This document shows, piece after piece, positions 18,337 through 29,924 of a stretch of DNA of 64,000 bases (within the stretch, counting starts at the first letter, position 1; each line of letters opens with the position of its first letter). The notes under the pieces are model-generated. The model saw only the letters and a list, made by a program, of their open reading frames with translations. It searched no databases and was not told the origin of the DNA. Origin of the DNA: an uncultured Candidatus Binatia bacterium (GTDB lineage Bacteria; Desulfobacterota; Binatia; Bin18); assembly GCA_965242795.1 (NCBI GenBank), contig OZ251505.1:243737-307736 (forward strand), given 5' to 3'. A program made the translations under genes and the position numbers.

Positions 18337-18867
18337 TCACAGGCTCTCTCGTACTTTCTCGTATCCGATCAGCCGCAGCCGATACGTGCCGACGGGCCGG
18401 CCTTGTTCACTCACAGTGAACTCGACCCGGTACAGCCCGACCTCGTAGTCCCCCATCCGCCCGTACGCGTTCTGTCCCTGGCGTACGGGCTCCAGCAAGC
18501 GGGCGGACCAGACGATCGCGTAATCGTCGAATTCCAGTCGCCCGCGTTCTTGTCGACGGGGGTTGACCGCGGACAGATACGCGACAGCCCGGTGGGCGGC
18601 CGGCAGGTGCGCGCTCACGGCGCGGACGCGGTGCAACGCGATCAGGTTGGTATTGAACAGACCGTACAGGGTCAGCGCCCCCGCGGAGAAGATCGTCAGC
18701 GCGACGATGGCCTCCAAGAGGGTGAAGCCCGGGGACGCAGAAGGAATTGTGGATTGTGGATTGTGGATTGTGGATTGTCGGCCGCGGCCTGCGGCGCCAC
18801 GGGCGTGGCGGTCTGGTCGCCTGAAGATTCGTATGCCCCGGAAAGCTGTGGGCGCCGGTTCAGGCAT
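18337..18867 (-). CDS. gspI: Minor pseudopilin GspI
   Basis: PGFTLLEAIVALTIF motif; ATG overlaps the gspH stop; the leader contains the in-frame heptamer repeat QSTIHNPQSTIP. Confidence 0.85.
   Translation of the reverse strand: MPEPAPTAFRGIRIFRRPDRHARGAAGRGRQSTIHNPQSTIPSASPGFTLLEAIVALTIFSAGALTLYGLFNTNLIALHRVRAVSAHLPAAHRAVAYLSAVNPRRQERGRLEFDDYAIVWSARLLEPVRQGQNAYGRMGDYEVGLYRVEFTVSEQGRPVGTYRLRLIGYEKVRESL
18745..18780. repeat. Heptamer array (ATTGTGG)x4-5 inside the gspI leader
   Basis: aattgtggattgtggattgtggattgtggattgtcg; same family as the intergenic arrays at 2170 and 3361. Confidence 0.9.
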
Positions 18868-19390
18868 CGGTAGTGACATGGCAGTACGGCGGCTCCAGCA
18901 CGAGTCGGACGTCCGGCGCGCCATTGTAGGACAACGTGACCTCGCCCCCGAGACACACGCCGTTCGCGCGGACGAGAATCGGCGCGGGCAGATGCAGGGT
19001 CCAGCCGTCGGGGAGGTCCATGCGGTAGGGCTCGTGATGCTCGAACGGCGAGACGTGCTCGGGGGCAGGCGTGTCCTCGTCATCGGGACCCGCAACCGGA
19101 GAGGGATTCTTCGCCACCATTGCGTCCGGCGCACCGCTCCCCACTATTAAATACGCGCGGCGCTGCAACATGGCCCGCCAGCCCAGGTTGGCGAACCGGT
19201 CCAGGATGGCGTTGCGTTCGGTCGTTCTGGCGACGGCGCCGTACAGCCGCTGCAGGTTCGGTGCTGCCACCATCGTTATCAGCGAGACGAGCGCGAGCAC
19301 GACGACCAGCTCCAGCAGCGTGAAGCCGGATCCGAACGTGCCGGAAGCGTCAACTCGCTTGGGCGGGCTGTTCGGGCAGGTAGCCGACAT
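18860..19390 (-). CDS. gspH: Minor pseudopilin GspH
   Basis: SGFTLLELVVVLALVSL motif; position between G and I. Confidence 0.85.
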   Translation of the reverse strand: MSATCPNSPPKRVDASGTFGSGFTLLELVVVLALVSLITMVAAPNLQRLYGAVARTTERNAILDRFANLGWRAMLQRRAYLIVGSGAPDAMVAKNPSPVAGPDDEDTPAPEHVSPFEHHEPYRMDLPDGWTLHLPAPILVRANGVCLGGEVTLSYNGAPDVRLVLEPPYCHVTTDA

Positions 19391-19862
19391 CGGCGTTGAC
19401 CCCCTCGCCGCCGGGTTTCGCGTCCGCGCCGAAAGAGTACAGGGCGAACCCTTGCGAGGTATTGGCAGGCTGCTCGTACCGGTACGGCGTGCGCCACGGA
19501 TCGAGCGGCAGGTCGTCTTCGAGATACGGGCCGTTCCAGTACGCGGCAACGTTCGACGGCGCGGCCATCAGCGCGGCGAGTCCCTGCGCGGTGGACGGAT
19601 AGGTGCCGACGTCCAGGCGGTACGTCTGGAGGGCGCCGCGCAGCATCTTGATCTGCGTTTCCGCGGCCTGGACCTTGGAACTGTCCACGCGGCCGAACAG
19701 CCGCGGGCCGACCAGACCCGCGAGCAGCCCCAGAATGACCAACACGACCATGAGTTCGATGAGCGTGAACCCGGGGCTCCTGCCCCCCTTGTGAAAGCGG
19801 GTGAGGGAATGCGCCTCGGCGCCGAATGTGTGCAGTGCGACCATCGTTCGTTCCGTCTCCAT
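19350..19862 (-). CDS. gspG: Major pseudopilin GspG
   Basis: GFTLIELMVVLVILGLLAGLVGPRLFG, ALQTYRLDVGTYPST, WNGPYL, DPWRTPYRY, YSFGADAKPGGEG. Confidence 0.97.
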   Translation of the reverse strand: METERTMVALHTFGAEAHSLTRFHKGGRSPGFTLIELMVVLVILGLLAGLVGPRLFGRVDSSKVQAAETQIKMLRGALQTYRLDVGTYPSTAQGLAALMAAPSNVAAYWNGPYLEDDLPLDPWRTPYRYEQPANTSQGFALYSFGADAKPGGEGVNADVGYLPEQPAQAS

Positions 19863-19865
19863 ACG

Positions 19866-21062
19866 TCAGAGCGCGATTTCGTTGACGCTGGTAATCGCCA
19901 GAATGATGCCGATCATGATGACGCCGAGAAAGCCGCCGATCAACAGGATCGCCAACGGCTCGATCAGGGTCAGGACCTGTTTCATACGCCGCGAACCGTT
20001 CTCTTCATAGAGGGTCGCGAGCGCGCGCAACATTTCGGCAAGCTGCCCCGACTGTTCGCCGACGCGGAGCAGGTTGTAGCCCGTCGGCGTGAGCGCGTGA
20101 CGCTTTTCCAACGCCGCGGACAACGCGACGCCGCCGCGCACGTCGCCGGCCGCCTGTTGGAGCACGGCTTTCCTGCGCGAGATGCGCACCCCGCGCGACG
20201 CGAGGTCGAGCGCCTCCATGAGTTCGACCCGGCTGGTCAGCATGGCGCTCATGATCGACGCCCACTTGGCCGTATCGACCTCGGTGTACCACTGCTTCAC
20301 GAGCGGCAAGCCGGCAAGGATGTCGTTCGCCCGCTGCCGCACCGCGGGCTGTGGAAACAGGATCGCCGCGGCCCCGGCCGCCGCGGCCAGCCCGCCGGCC
20401 AGCAGCCAGCGGCTGTCGTTGAACCACACGCCGGTACGCAATACGACCTCGGCCAGCAGCGGCAGTGAGCGGTCGTCGTCCAGCAGGTTGGCGAATTGCG
20501 GGACGACGAACACGAAGACGAGCGCGACCGCGGCGATGCCCGACACGACGAGAATGGCCGGATACGTCAGCGCGCCGCGGACCTCCGCGGCGATGCGCTG
20601 GTCGTAGCTCATCTGATCGACCGCTTGGCGCAGGGACCGGGCCAAGTGCCCGCTCAACTCGCCGGCCTCGACGAGATGATAGACGTACTCCGGCAGCGGC
20701 AACGTGCCGGCCCGCAGCGCCGTCAGCAGACTCTCACCTTTTGTGAGTTCGCGACCGATGGCGGCGAAGGCGGCGCCGAGCAGCGGGTGGGAACTGCCCC
20801 GGCTCTGCGCCCGGACGGCGTCGCCCAGCGCCACGCCGGACTCCAGCAAGGTCGCGAGTTCGTGCAGTGCGACGACGACGTCCTGCCCGCGCAGCCGGCG
20901 GCGCGCGACCGCGGCCGGCGCCGTCTGCCGGGCGTGCACCTCGACGACCGTGCGCCCGTCGGTGCCGAGCGCCCGCACCGCGTCAAGGGGGGACTCGGCT
21001 TCGATTTCCCCTTTGAGCAGACGGCCGTCGCGATCGACGACTTCGTAGCGGTATTCCTGCAT
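19866..21062 (-). CDS. gspF: Inner-membrane platform protein GspF
   Basis: ELATLLESGV, GELSGHLARSL, ALTYPAIL, VGEQSGQLAEML, LIEPLAILLIG. Confidence 0.95.
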   Translation of the reverse strand: MQEYRYEVVDRDGRLLKGEIEAESPLDAVRALGTDGRTVVEVHARQTAPAAVARRRLRGQDVVVALHELATLLESGVALGDAVRAQSRGSSHPLLGAAFAAIGRELTKGESLLTALRAGTLPLPEYVYHLVEAGELSGHLARSLRQAVDQMSYDQRIAAEVRGALTYPAILVVSGIAAVALVFVFVVPQFANLLDDDRSLPLLAEVVLRTGVWFNDSRWLLAGGLAAAAGAAAILFPQPAVRQRANDILAGLPLVKQWYTEVDTAKWASIMSAMLTSRVELMEALDLASRGVRISRRKAVLQQAAGDVRGGVALSAALEKRHALTPTGYNLLRVGEQSGQLAEMLRALATLYEENGSRRMKQVLTLIEPLAILLIGGFLGVIMIGIILAITSVNEIAL

Positions 21063-21084
21063 CCCGATCTCTCTGCGCCGCGGG

Positions 21085-22770
<1,686 letters not shown>

Positions 22771-22998
22771 GTTTTTCGCCTCCGGCTCCCGGGTTTTCTT
22801 AGTGAGCGAATCGGACTATAGAAGGGGGCTGTCACCCGTCGAACCTATCACGCGGACGAAAGGAATAGAAGCTGGAGAAAACCCGCTGGAACACGGGGCC
22901 GTCGTATCTCGATTACGGCAGGACTGATTCGGAGGGGCCGGGAACTTACGATTCCGGAAGGAAGACCTCGCCGGTTTAGACACAATAACGTTCAAGGC

Positions 22999-23682
22999 AT
23001 GATCGTTTCCATCCATATTCCCAAAACGGCCGGCAGTAGTTTCAGAGAAGGGCTCGAACGACAGTTGGGAGGGCGCTTGCTGACCGACTATGGGGATCGC
23101 CCCCTCTCTGATTCCATTTCCGACCGTTGGAGGCGGTTGAAAACCCGTATTGAGGTCCGCTCTCGGGCTGATGACTTGGTGGCGAACTACGATGCCGTTC
23201 ATGGCCATTTCATCGCCACGAAGTACTTACCCCTGCGGGACCGTGCCGTCTTCTGTGCATTCTTCCGCGAGCCGGTGGAGCGTCTGCTCTCACAGTATCG
23301 CTACTGGTTGCGTACCCCCGACCTACAGAACCGGATGTGGGTGCAATTCGACGCACTCAGGATGACACCCGCACAATTCGCATCCCTGCCCAGACAAACG
23401 AAGCTGTACCGGTTGTTCACCGGTGGGTTGCCGATGGAACGATTTGCCTTCGTCGGCATAACCGAAGAGTATGAAACCAGTCTCGAGCTCTTCAGAGCGA
23501 TCTTCGGGATCGACATCCCGTACCGTCGAGCCAACGTCGATGAACAACCGAAGGAGGGTCCCGATCGTCGAGAGCACGAAGCCGTCCGCGCCGCTCAACG
23601 TATGAACTCCGCAATCTACGATGCGGCCCGGCGGAGGTTCGACATCTTGTACCACCAATATGTACGCAGCGGAGAACAGTGA
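22999..23682 (+). CDS. Sulfotransferase family protein
   Basis: 5'-PSB motif HIPKTAGSS; FFREPVERLLSQY; FVGITEEYETSL. Confidence 0.8.
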   Translation: MIVSIHIPKTAGSSFREGLERQLGGRLLTDYGDRPLSDSISDRWRRLKTRIEVRSRADDLVANYDAVHGHFIATKYLPLRDRAVFCAFFREPVERLLSQYRYWLRTPDLQNRMWVQFDALRMTPAQFASLPRQTKLYRLFTGGLPMERFAFVGITEEYETSLELFRAIFGIDIPYRRANVDEQPKEGPDRREHEAVRAAQRMNSAIYDAARRRFDILYHQYVRSGEQ

Positions 23683-23706
23683 ACTTCCAGGAGAGGGCTT
23701 CCGACT

Positions 23707-24672
23707 ATGAACTCTTCCCTTCCAACGAAGCTTGGCTGCTTATGGAAAAAATTCCGACGGGGCAGCTCTGACAGCAGAAAATTCGTCGCAGCTGTGGTAG
23801 ATGTTCATCCACGATTCGCCTGTGAAGCCGCATTATGGGCCGAGTGCATTGAAACACTCGAAGGATGTCAGCCGGTATTATATCTTGTTGGCTCCTCACC
23901 GCCGAATCTTATTGCATTCGCCCGGGAAAGAGGCATCGAGATACGCACCTGCTCGCATCTCTATCCAGAAGCTCCCCACTGCAGTAAGTATATCCCGTTC
24001 GATGATCTGTGCGGACAGAACGTAGCCGTCCTCGACTGCGATCTCTTTCCAGTCAGGGACTTCACGTCATTCTTGTCGAACGAACTGATACGCCTTCCCC
24101 CCAACAACCATGCGAACCCGGCACGGCCGGTTTTTGCCCGGATAATGCAAGCGGTCGGAGTCGAAGATTCCGAGCCTGGACTCGCGCTCTTCAAAGGAGG
24201 AGGGGGGAGGGATACAGATCGCTTTAATGTCAGTGCAGGTCTGATTTGGCTGCCCAGCATCCATTCCGCCCGTCGAAACCGCTTTCGCTACTGGGCCGAG
24301 TGGCTGTTAGCAAACCGGGATCGCCTCGAACTTCGTCTTGTCAATATCGACCAGATCGCCCTTGCCCTGGCTATTCGGGAAGACCCCACAGCGTTCTCAT
24401 TTCTTCCTGCCCACACGAATGCCATTCTCCAGTTGTTGCCAGAAATTAACCAGGTATTCGCTTTCCACCTGACCTCGGGGCATATCAGCCAGTATCCCGC
24501 TTTCTTCAAGAAGCGGCAACTCATAGCCCAGGAGATCAACCCGGCCTTATCAGAAGAGATCGAACGTCTCAATACACGGATTCGGCGGGTGCTCCCTTAC
24601 CTGGACCGGTGGCCAGAGACGAGAGACTTCTCCGAAAATTTCTTGAATCCATCATGGCGCAGGCTAGCATAA
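23707..24672 (+). CDS. Putative GT-A fold glycosyltransferase-like protein
   Basis: PHCSKY...VAVLDCDLF (DxD), FNVSAGLIW, IDQIALALA resemble GT8/GT77-type motifs; lower GC. Confidence 0.5.
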   Translation: MNSSLPTKLGCLWKKFRRGSSDSRKFVAAVVDVHPRFACEAALWAECIETLEGCQPVLYLVGSSPPNLIAFARERGIEIRTCSHLYPEAPHCSKYIPFDDLCGQNVAVLDCDLFPVRDFTSFLSNELIRLPPNNHANPARPVFARIMQAVGVEDSEPGLALFKGGGGRDTDRFNVSAGLIWLPSIHSARRNRFRYWAEWLLANRDRLELRLVNIDQIALALAIREDPTAFSFLPAHTNAILQLLPEINQVFAFHLTSGHISQYPAFFKKRQLIAQEINPALSEEIERLNTRIRRVLPYLDRWPETRDFSENFLNPSWRRLA

Positions 24673-24713
24673 CACGGATAAATTATCCTTTCCATTGAAA
24701 AAGCCAATTCCCT

Positions 24714-25787
24714 ATGAATCCACACCCTACCACGAACGATGCCGTTTCCCCCAGCATCCCTCAAAGAAGGGAAGACCTGGAGACCTTCGCTTTGTACAAG
24801 CGAAATTTTGCAGAACAAGTGGTACGGAATCTGCCGATTATACACGAACCGTTGTTCTCAACATCCTTCCTCGCCCGGACATGCCTGAACGGAAAGCCCC
24901 GCCGGCTCATTCTGCACGCGGGCACCTCGAAGACCGGCACGACGGCGTTACAGTGGCATTTGGACTCACAAAGAGCCGTACTTGCCGAAAGCGGCGTTTG
25001 GTACCCCCCGTCTTCACATATGAAGGGGGGGGGACCGAATCATCAGTGGCTCGTGTCGGTGCTGATGGGCGCCGATGAAGCGGCATTTGTCGAGTCTATT
25101 CAAGAAGCGCTGCGCGACATGCCCGAGTCGGCCCATACGGTCATTCTGACGGCCGAGGGTATCTACAACCACTGGCGAGACTATCCCCCGCAGGCGAAGG
25201 GCTTGTTACGGCATCTGGCCGCCCTGTTCGACTTCGAGATGTGCGTCTGGTTCCGGGAACCGGTCTCGTTTGCTGCTTCCTTCTATGCGCAAAACCTGAC
25301 GAACCCTACAACATCGGAGACGCCAAGGAACGTCTATGGTCGGGATGTCGATTTTGACGACGCCTTACAAGACCCGTGGTGTCGGGAGCACCTCGATTAT
25401 CTAGGCTTTTATTACGAAGCCCAATACCTGTTCGGTCCGGGGCGCGTCAGGCCGTTTTTGTACTCGGGCGATACGGTCGAGGCGTTTCTGGCGCACTACG
25501 CCATTCGGGCAACGGAAACCGTACACTGGGAGAACATCGGGTTGAGCGAGGCAGGCGTGCGGCTCATGCGTCAGGTCAATCGCTGGCGCTGCCGTTTGTC
25601 TCAGCCCCGGCAGAAACGCGTGGCAGCCTGGGTCCGGAGCATCGATGGCGTCGTCGGCAGATTATCCCCGGCGTTCCGCTTGACGGAGCAACAGGCAGTT
25701 CTCGTCAATCGCTACGCCGGACGGGGATGGGCCATTCTGCAGGAGGAATGTCGGAAATCCGCAGCCTCTCGCCAAGTTGCCCGCTGA
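24714..25787 (+). CDS. Sulfotransferase-like P-loop protein
   Basis: LILHAGTSKTGTTALQ motif, ILTAEGI, VWFREPVSFAASFY. Confidence 0.65.
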   Translation: MNPHPTTNDAVSPSIPQRREDLETFALYKRNFAEQVVRNLPIIHEPLFSTSFLARTCLNGKPRRLILHAGTSKTGTTALQWHLDSQRAVLAESGVWYPPSSHMKGGGPNHQWLVSVLMGADEAAFVESIQEALRDMPESAHTVILTAEGIYNHWRDYPPQAKGLLRHLAALFDFEMCVWFREPVSFAASFYAQNLTNPTTSETPRNVYGRDVDFDDALQDPWCREHLDYLGFYYEAQYLFGPGRVRPFLYSGDTVEAFLAHYAIRATETVHWENIGLSEAGVRLMRQVNRWRCRLSQPRQKRVAAWVRSIDGVVGRLSPAFRLTEQQAVLVNRYAGRGWAILQEECRKSAASRQVAR

Positions 25788-25791
25788 ACGT

Positions 25792-26238
25792 TCAAGCGGT
25801 CACGTCTTCCGCGGCGAACCGATCCAGACGTTGCCGGATACCCGCGGCGTCAACGCCGGAAAACGCAAGCGTCAGCTTGCCCGCGTCATCGACCGTAAAG
25901 CGCGCTTGCGGTGCGAGTTCTTCGGCGAGGCGCGCAATCCGCTCGTTCCACGCATTGCCATCGAGTGCAGGAGCGTCCGTGGAAGCCGCGGCGACCGCGT
26001 CCACTACGGCTTTGTATTTTTCGATGGCGTACAGTGAATGGCCGATCACGCACTGGCCGTATTGCAGTGCGGTGTACGTCCGCCCGCGGCGCGTTTCTTC
26101 GAAACACCGCTTGGGCGGAATCGGCAGCGCGTCGAGCCGGGCGCGGACCCACTCGTCTTCCGGGTCGGGCCGGACGGTACAAAACAAAAAGTTCACGTGC
26201 TGCATGCCGTCCGGCTTGGGGTAGATTTCCAGCAACAT
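25792..26238 (-). CDS. Hypothetical protein (148 aa)
   Basis: Coding-like codon bias and fills the gap between convergent genes; no motif recognised. Confidence 0.6.
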   Translation of the reverse strand: MLLEIYPKPDGMQHVNFLFCTVRPDPEDEWVRARLDALPIPPKRCFEETRRGRTYTALQYGQCVIGHSLYAIEKYKAVVDAVAAASTDAPALDGNAWNERIARLAEELAPQARFTVDDAGKLTLAFSGVDAAGIRQRLDRFAAEDVTA

Positions 26239-26294
26239 GGCCGTTCCCGATATGCCCGTGCGCGAGGGAAGTCCCCGTTCCGGTGCGTTTCGAG

Positions 26295-26357
26295 GTTTCG
26301 ACCTTTCGACACCCTTCGACAGGCTCAGGGACCAAGCTCAAGGCATCGCAAGCTCAG
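26295..26357. repeat. ~63-bp family B element, inverted copy of 3405-3470
   Basis: tttcgacacccttcgacaggctcagggaccaagctcaaggca.cgcaagctcag is nearly identical to the reverse complement of 3405-3470. Confidence 0.9.
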
Positions 26358-26428
26358 GACACCGCAAGTGCGACACATCGCAGGCGCAACGAACTCTCCC
26401 CCCAAATCAGCAATCCACAATCCCGCCC

Positions 26429-27202
26429 CTACTCCATCAGGAAGTTCGAGACGGTCGCCACGAACCCTTCCGGCTCTTCCAGCATAATCATGTGCCCGGA
26501 GCTGTCGAAGTGGACCAGACGCGAGCCGGGGATCGCCTGCTGAAACGCCTCGCCGTAGGCCGGTGGGATCAGTTTGTCGGAATCGCCCCATAGCAACAGC
26601 GTCGGAAGCTGGATGCGGTGGATGCGTTTCTTGAGCCCCTTGTCGGGGATCGGCCAGAGGAATTTTCCGGTCGAGGCCAGGCAGCGGTACATTTCGAGTT
26701 GCGCTTCGGGGTCCTTCATCTGTTCGGTGAACATCCGGCTGACCGGGCCGCTCGGATCGTGGAAGACGTGTTCGACCAATTGCTGTGGGTTGAAGGTGAA
26801 GAAGTCCGGGATGGGTTGCTCTTCCAGCCACAGCCCCGCGGGACACACCAGCACCAAGCGGTTGATCCGGTACGGCGCCAACGCGGCGACCTCCGCGGCC
26901 AACATGCCCCCCAGCGAGTGCCCGACGACGTGCGGACTGTCGATCTGCAGTTCGTCGAGAAAGTCGTGGTAGTAGAGGGCGAAGTCGATGATGTCGTCGA
27001 GGTGCTCGATGCCCGTTCCCGGGCCGAAGCCGGGGTGGGCCGGCGCATAGACCGTGAAGCTCCGCGCCAGCTCTTCCAAAAACGGGGCGCCGACCATCGG
27101 CCCGCCCGCACCGTGCAGAAATAGGAGCGGGTCCCCGCTGCCGCCCCACTGCATGGTGGTGCTGAATTTCCCGTTGCGAAGCGAGACTTTGACTTCTTGC
27201 AT
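26429..27202 (-). CDS. Alpha/beta fold hydrolase
   Basis: LLFLHGAGG, nucleophile elbow GHSLGG, LLLWGDSD, SGHMIMLEEP. Confidence 0.92.
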   Translation of the reverse strand: MQEVKVSLRNGKFSTTMQWGGSGDPLLFLHGAGGPMVGAPFLEELARSFTVYAPAHPGFGPGTGIEHLDDIIDFALYYHDFLDELQIDSPHVVGHSLGGMLAAEVAALAPYRINRLVLVCPAGLWLEEQPIPDFFTFNPQQLVEHVFHDPSGPVSRMFTEQMKDPEAQLEMYRCLASTGKFLWPIPDKGLKKRIHRIQLPTLLLWGDSDKLIPPAYGEAFQQAIPGSRLVHFDSSGHMIMLEEPEGFVATVSNFLME

Positions 27203-27326
27203 CTCCGATACTCTCCTTGCGTTGGTGCTCGTGCGCCCGCCGGTTCCAGGCCGGGCGGATCGTTCGTTGCCCTACGACCGTCCGTAGCCCACGGAAGCCG
27301 GTGCCGCCCTCCCCTTGCCGAACCGC

Positions 27327-28544
27327 TTACAGCGCGGCGACGGCCACACGCTCCTCTTCGGCGAGCAGATGCGGCGCCCAGCGGTCTTCCCATTCGTTCC
27401 AGAGCCGCTCGCGCAGGTAGGGCATGACCTCTTTGGCGTACAACTCGGTGTTCTTTCTGGTCTGTTCGCGGCCCAGGTTGCCGAAGTGCAACAGCGAAAA
27501 AAGCTGGCCGACGTTCATTTCCCGCAGCACTTCGTCCAGCCGTTCGCGGACCGTGGCCGGCGAGCCGGCGATCACGTAGCCCTGATCGACGAACTCCTTC
27601 CATCCCAAGCCCTTCAACTGCTCGAAGCTGAACGGCGACTTGAGCGACTTGATGGTCTTGAGCGTCAGATACCCCGGGGCCGCGGCCCAGTGGTCGGGCA
27701 CGTGCAGGCAGCGGTGGTAGAAGTACGAGGCGGCTTCGGCGTAGTCCTTCTCGGCTTGCGCGTCCGTCTCCGACACGCCGATGAGTTGCAGATAGCCGGC
27801 GCGATACGGGTTGCGGTCGCGCCCGGCGCGGTCCACGGCTTCCCAATAGCCCCGCATGATCTGTGTGGCCGGCTCGTAACCGAAGTAGCTGAGGAAGGCG
27901 TACATGTAGTCGTGCTTGGCGACCCACTCCCAGGTTTCCACGCTGCCGCCGCCGGGGATCCAGACGGGCGGATGCGGCTTCTGGACCGGCCGCGGCCAGA
28001 TGTTGACGTAGCGCAGCTGGTTGAACTTGCCGTTGAAGGCGAACGGTTCGGGCTCGGTCCACGCCTTGATGATCAGATCGTGCCCCTCGCGGTACTTCTC
28101 GCGCAAGGTGATCGGGGTCTGGCCGTACGCGAAATTCGTGTCCATCGACGTGCCGACCGGAAAGCCGCCCACGAACCGGCCGCCCGAAATGCAGTCCAGC
28201 ATGGCCATTTCTTCGGCGATGCGGATCGGCGGGTTGTACAGCGCGATCGAGTTGCCCAGCACGATCAGCGCCGCCTTGGAGGTCCGGCGCGCCAGGGTTG
28301 CCAGAATGATGTTCGGCGACGGCATCAGGCCGTAGGCGTTGGCGTGGTGTTCGTTGACGCAGATTCCGTCGAAGCCCTGGCTGTCGGCGAATTCCAACTG
28401 GTCGAGATACTCGTTGTAGGTTTCGTGGCCGCGCACCGGGTCGAACAGCGAACTCGACACGTCCACCCACACGCTGGGATGCTTCTCTTTGAAGTCGTCC
28501 GGCAGGTCCGGGTACGGCATGAGATGGAACCAGTGACTCTTCAT
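27327..28544 (-). CDS. LLM-class flavin-dependent oxidoreductase
   Basis: Start MKSHWFHLMPY; GFDGICVNEHH, RIAEEMAMLDCISGGR, PRPVQKPHPPVWIPGGGS. Confidence 0.92.
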   Translation of the reverse strand: MKSHWFHLMPYPDLPDDFKEKHPSVWVDVSSSLFDPVRGHETYNEYLDQLEFADSQGFDGICVNEHHANAYGLMPSPNIILATLARRTSKAALIVLGNSIALYNPPIRIAEEMAMLDCISGGRFVGGFPVGTSMDTNFAYGQTPITLREKYREGHDLIIKAWTEPEPFAFNGKFNQLRYVNIWPRPVQKPHPPVWIPGGGSVETWEWVAKHDYMYAFLSYFGYEPATQIMRGYWEAVDRAGRDRNPYRAGYLQLIGVSETDAQAEKDYAEAASYFYHRCLHVPDHWAAAPGYLTLKTIKSLKSPFSFEQLKGLGWKEFVDQGYVIAGSPATVRERLDEVLREMNVGQLFSLLHFGNLGREQTRKNTELYAKEVMPYLRERLWNEWEDRWAPHLLAEEERVAVAAL

Positions 28545-28783
28545 CGTGCGCCCTCCTTTATGCGCGCCGCATGCGGCATCGCGCAGCCCGTGTGTATCAG
28601 CCCGGCGCAGAACCGACAACTCTATTTTCCTTCGATTCTTCGCTGAAGAAATCCGAAAATCCTTCGACGATCTCAGGGTTCGAACCCAAGTGCCCTGAGC
28701 CCGTCGAAGGGTACGGAGCCGCATGGGAGAACAAAGCTATTCGACCACTAGCGAATAAAAAGCGAAAATCGTATAGTCCGGCC

Positions 28784-29878
28784 ATGCGCTTCTACGGACA
28801 GCCGGTCAAAGGCCGCGGGACATCCACCAACCCGCACAACCGCTTCGAATCCCTCAGCTACACGCCGGACCCGGACTATCTCGACCATCTGCTCGACAGC
28901 CCGGACGACGGCGACGAACCGCCCTCCCCGCGCACGCAGGTGTACCGCGACCCGTCGCGGAGCATTCTGTCGCGGAACGACAGCCCGGACCTCGGCTTCT
29001 CGGTCAGCGTGAATCCGTACCGCGGCTGCGAGCACGGCTGCATCTATTGTTATGCGCGGCCGACGCACGAGTTCCTCGGCATGTCCGCGGGGCTGGACTT
29101 CGAGACGCGCATCCTGGCCAAGGAGGACGCGCCCGCCCTGCTCCGCACGGCCCTCTCCGCGCGGAGCTATCGACCGGAGCCGATCATCATGTGCGGGATC
29201 ACCGACCCGTATCAGCCCGTCGAACGCCGGCTGTGCATCACGCGCGGCTGCCTGCAGGTGCTGGCCGAATTCCGGAACCCGGTCGCCATCATCACCAAGA
29301 ATGCGCTCGTCGCCCGCGACCGCGACCTGCTCGCCCAGCTTGCCGAGTCGCACGCCGCGTCGGTGTTCGTGTCGATCACCACGCTGAACCCCGAATTGGC
29401 GCGCACCCTGGAGCCGCGCGCGTCCGCGCCGCAACGGCGGCTGGCCGCGATCAACCTGCTGGCCGAAGCCGGCGTGCCGGTCGGCGTCATGTCCGCGCCG
29501 ATCATTCCGGGGCTGAACGACCACGAAGTCCCCGCCATTCTCCAAGCCGCCGCGGATGCCGGGGCGCGTGCCGCGGGGCACACCGTGGTACGGCTGCCCT
29601 ACGCGGTCAGCGAGTTGTTCGTCGAATGGCTGGAGACTCACTACCCGGAACGGAAGAACAAAGTGTTGAATCACATCCGCGCATTGCGTCGCGGCAAGCT
29701 GAACGACCCGCGCTGGCACGCACGGATGCGCGGCGAGGGCCGAACCGCGCAAGCCATTCACGACCTGTTCGAGGTCGGCCGGCGCAAAGCCGGCCTGACC
29801 GCGCCATTTCCGGCGTTGTCCACCGCGGCCTTCTGCCGCCCGGAACGCGGCGGACAACTCGCGTTGTTCACCGCTTGA
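28784..29878 (+). CDS. PA0069-family radical SAM protein
   Basis: KGRGTSTNPHNRF, NPYRGCEHGCIYCYARPTH (CxxxCxxC), TDPYQPVE, LEPRASAPQRRL. Confidence 0.92.
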   Translation: MRFYGQPVKGRGTSTNPHNRFESLSYTPDPDYLDHLLDSPDDGDEPPSPRTQVYRDPSRSILSRNDSPDLGFSVSVNPYRGCEHGCIYCYARPTHEFLGMSAGLDFETRILAKEDAPALLRTALSARSYRPEPIIMCGITDPYQPVERRLCITRGCLQVLAEFRNPVAIITKNALVARDRDLLAQLAESHAASVFVSITTLNPELARTLEPRASAPQRRLAAINLLAEAGVPVGVMSAPIIPGLNDHEVPAILQAAADAGARAAGHTVVRLPYAVSELFVEWLETHYPERKNKVLNHIRALRRGKLNDPRWHARMRGEGRTAQAIHDLFEVGRRKAGLTAPFPALSTAAFCRPERGGQLALFTA

Positions 29879-29924
29879 TCTGCCGTGCCGGAGGGGCGAA
29901 AAATCTTTCGCCCCGCGGTGGTGG

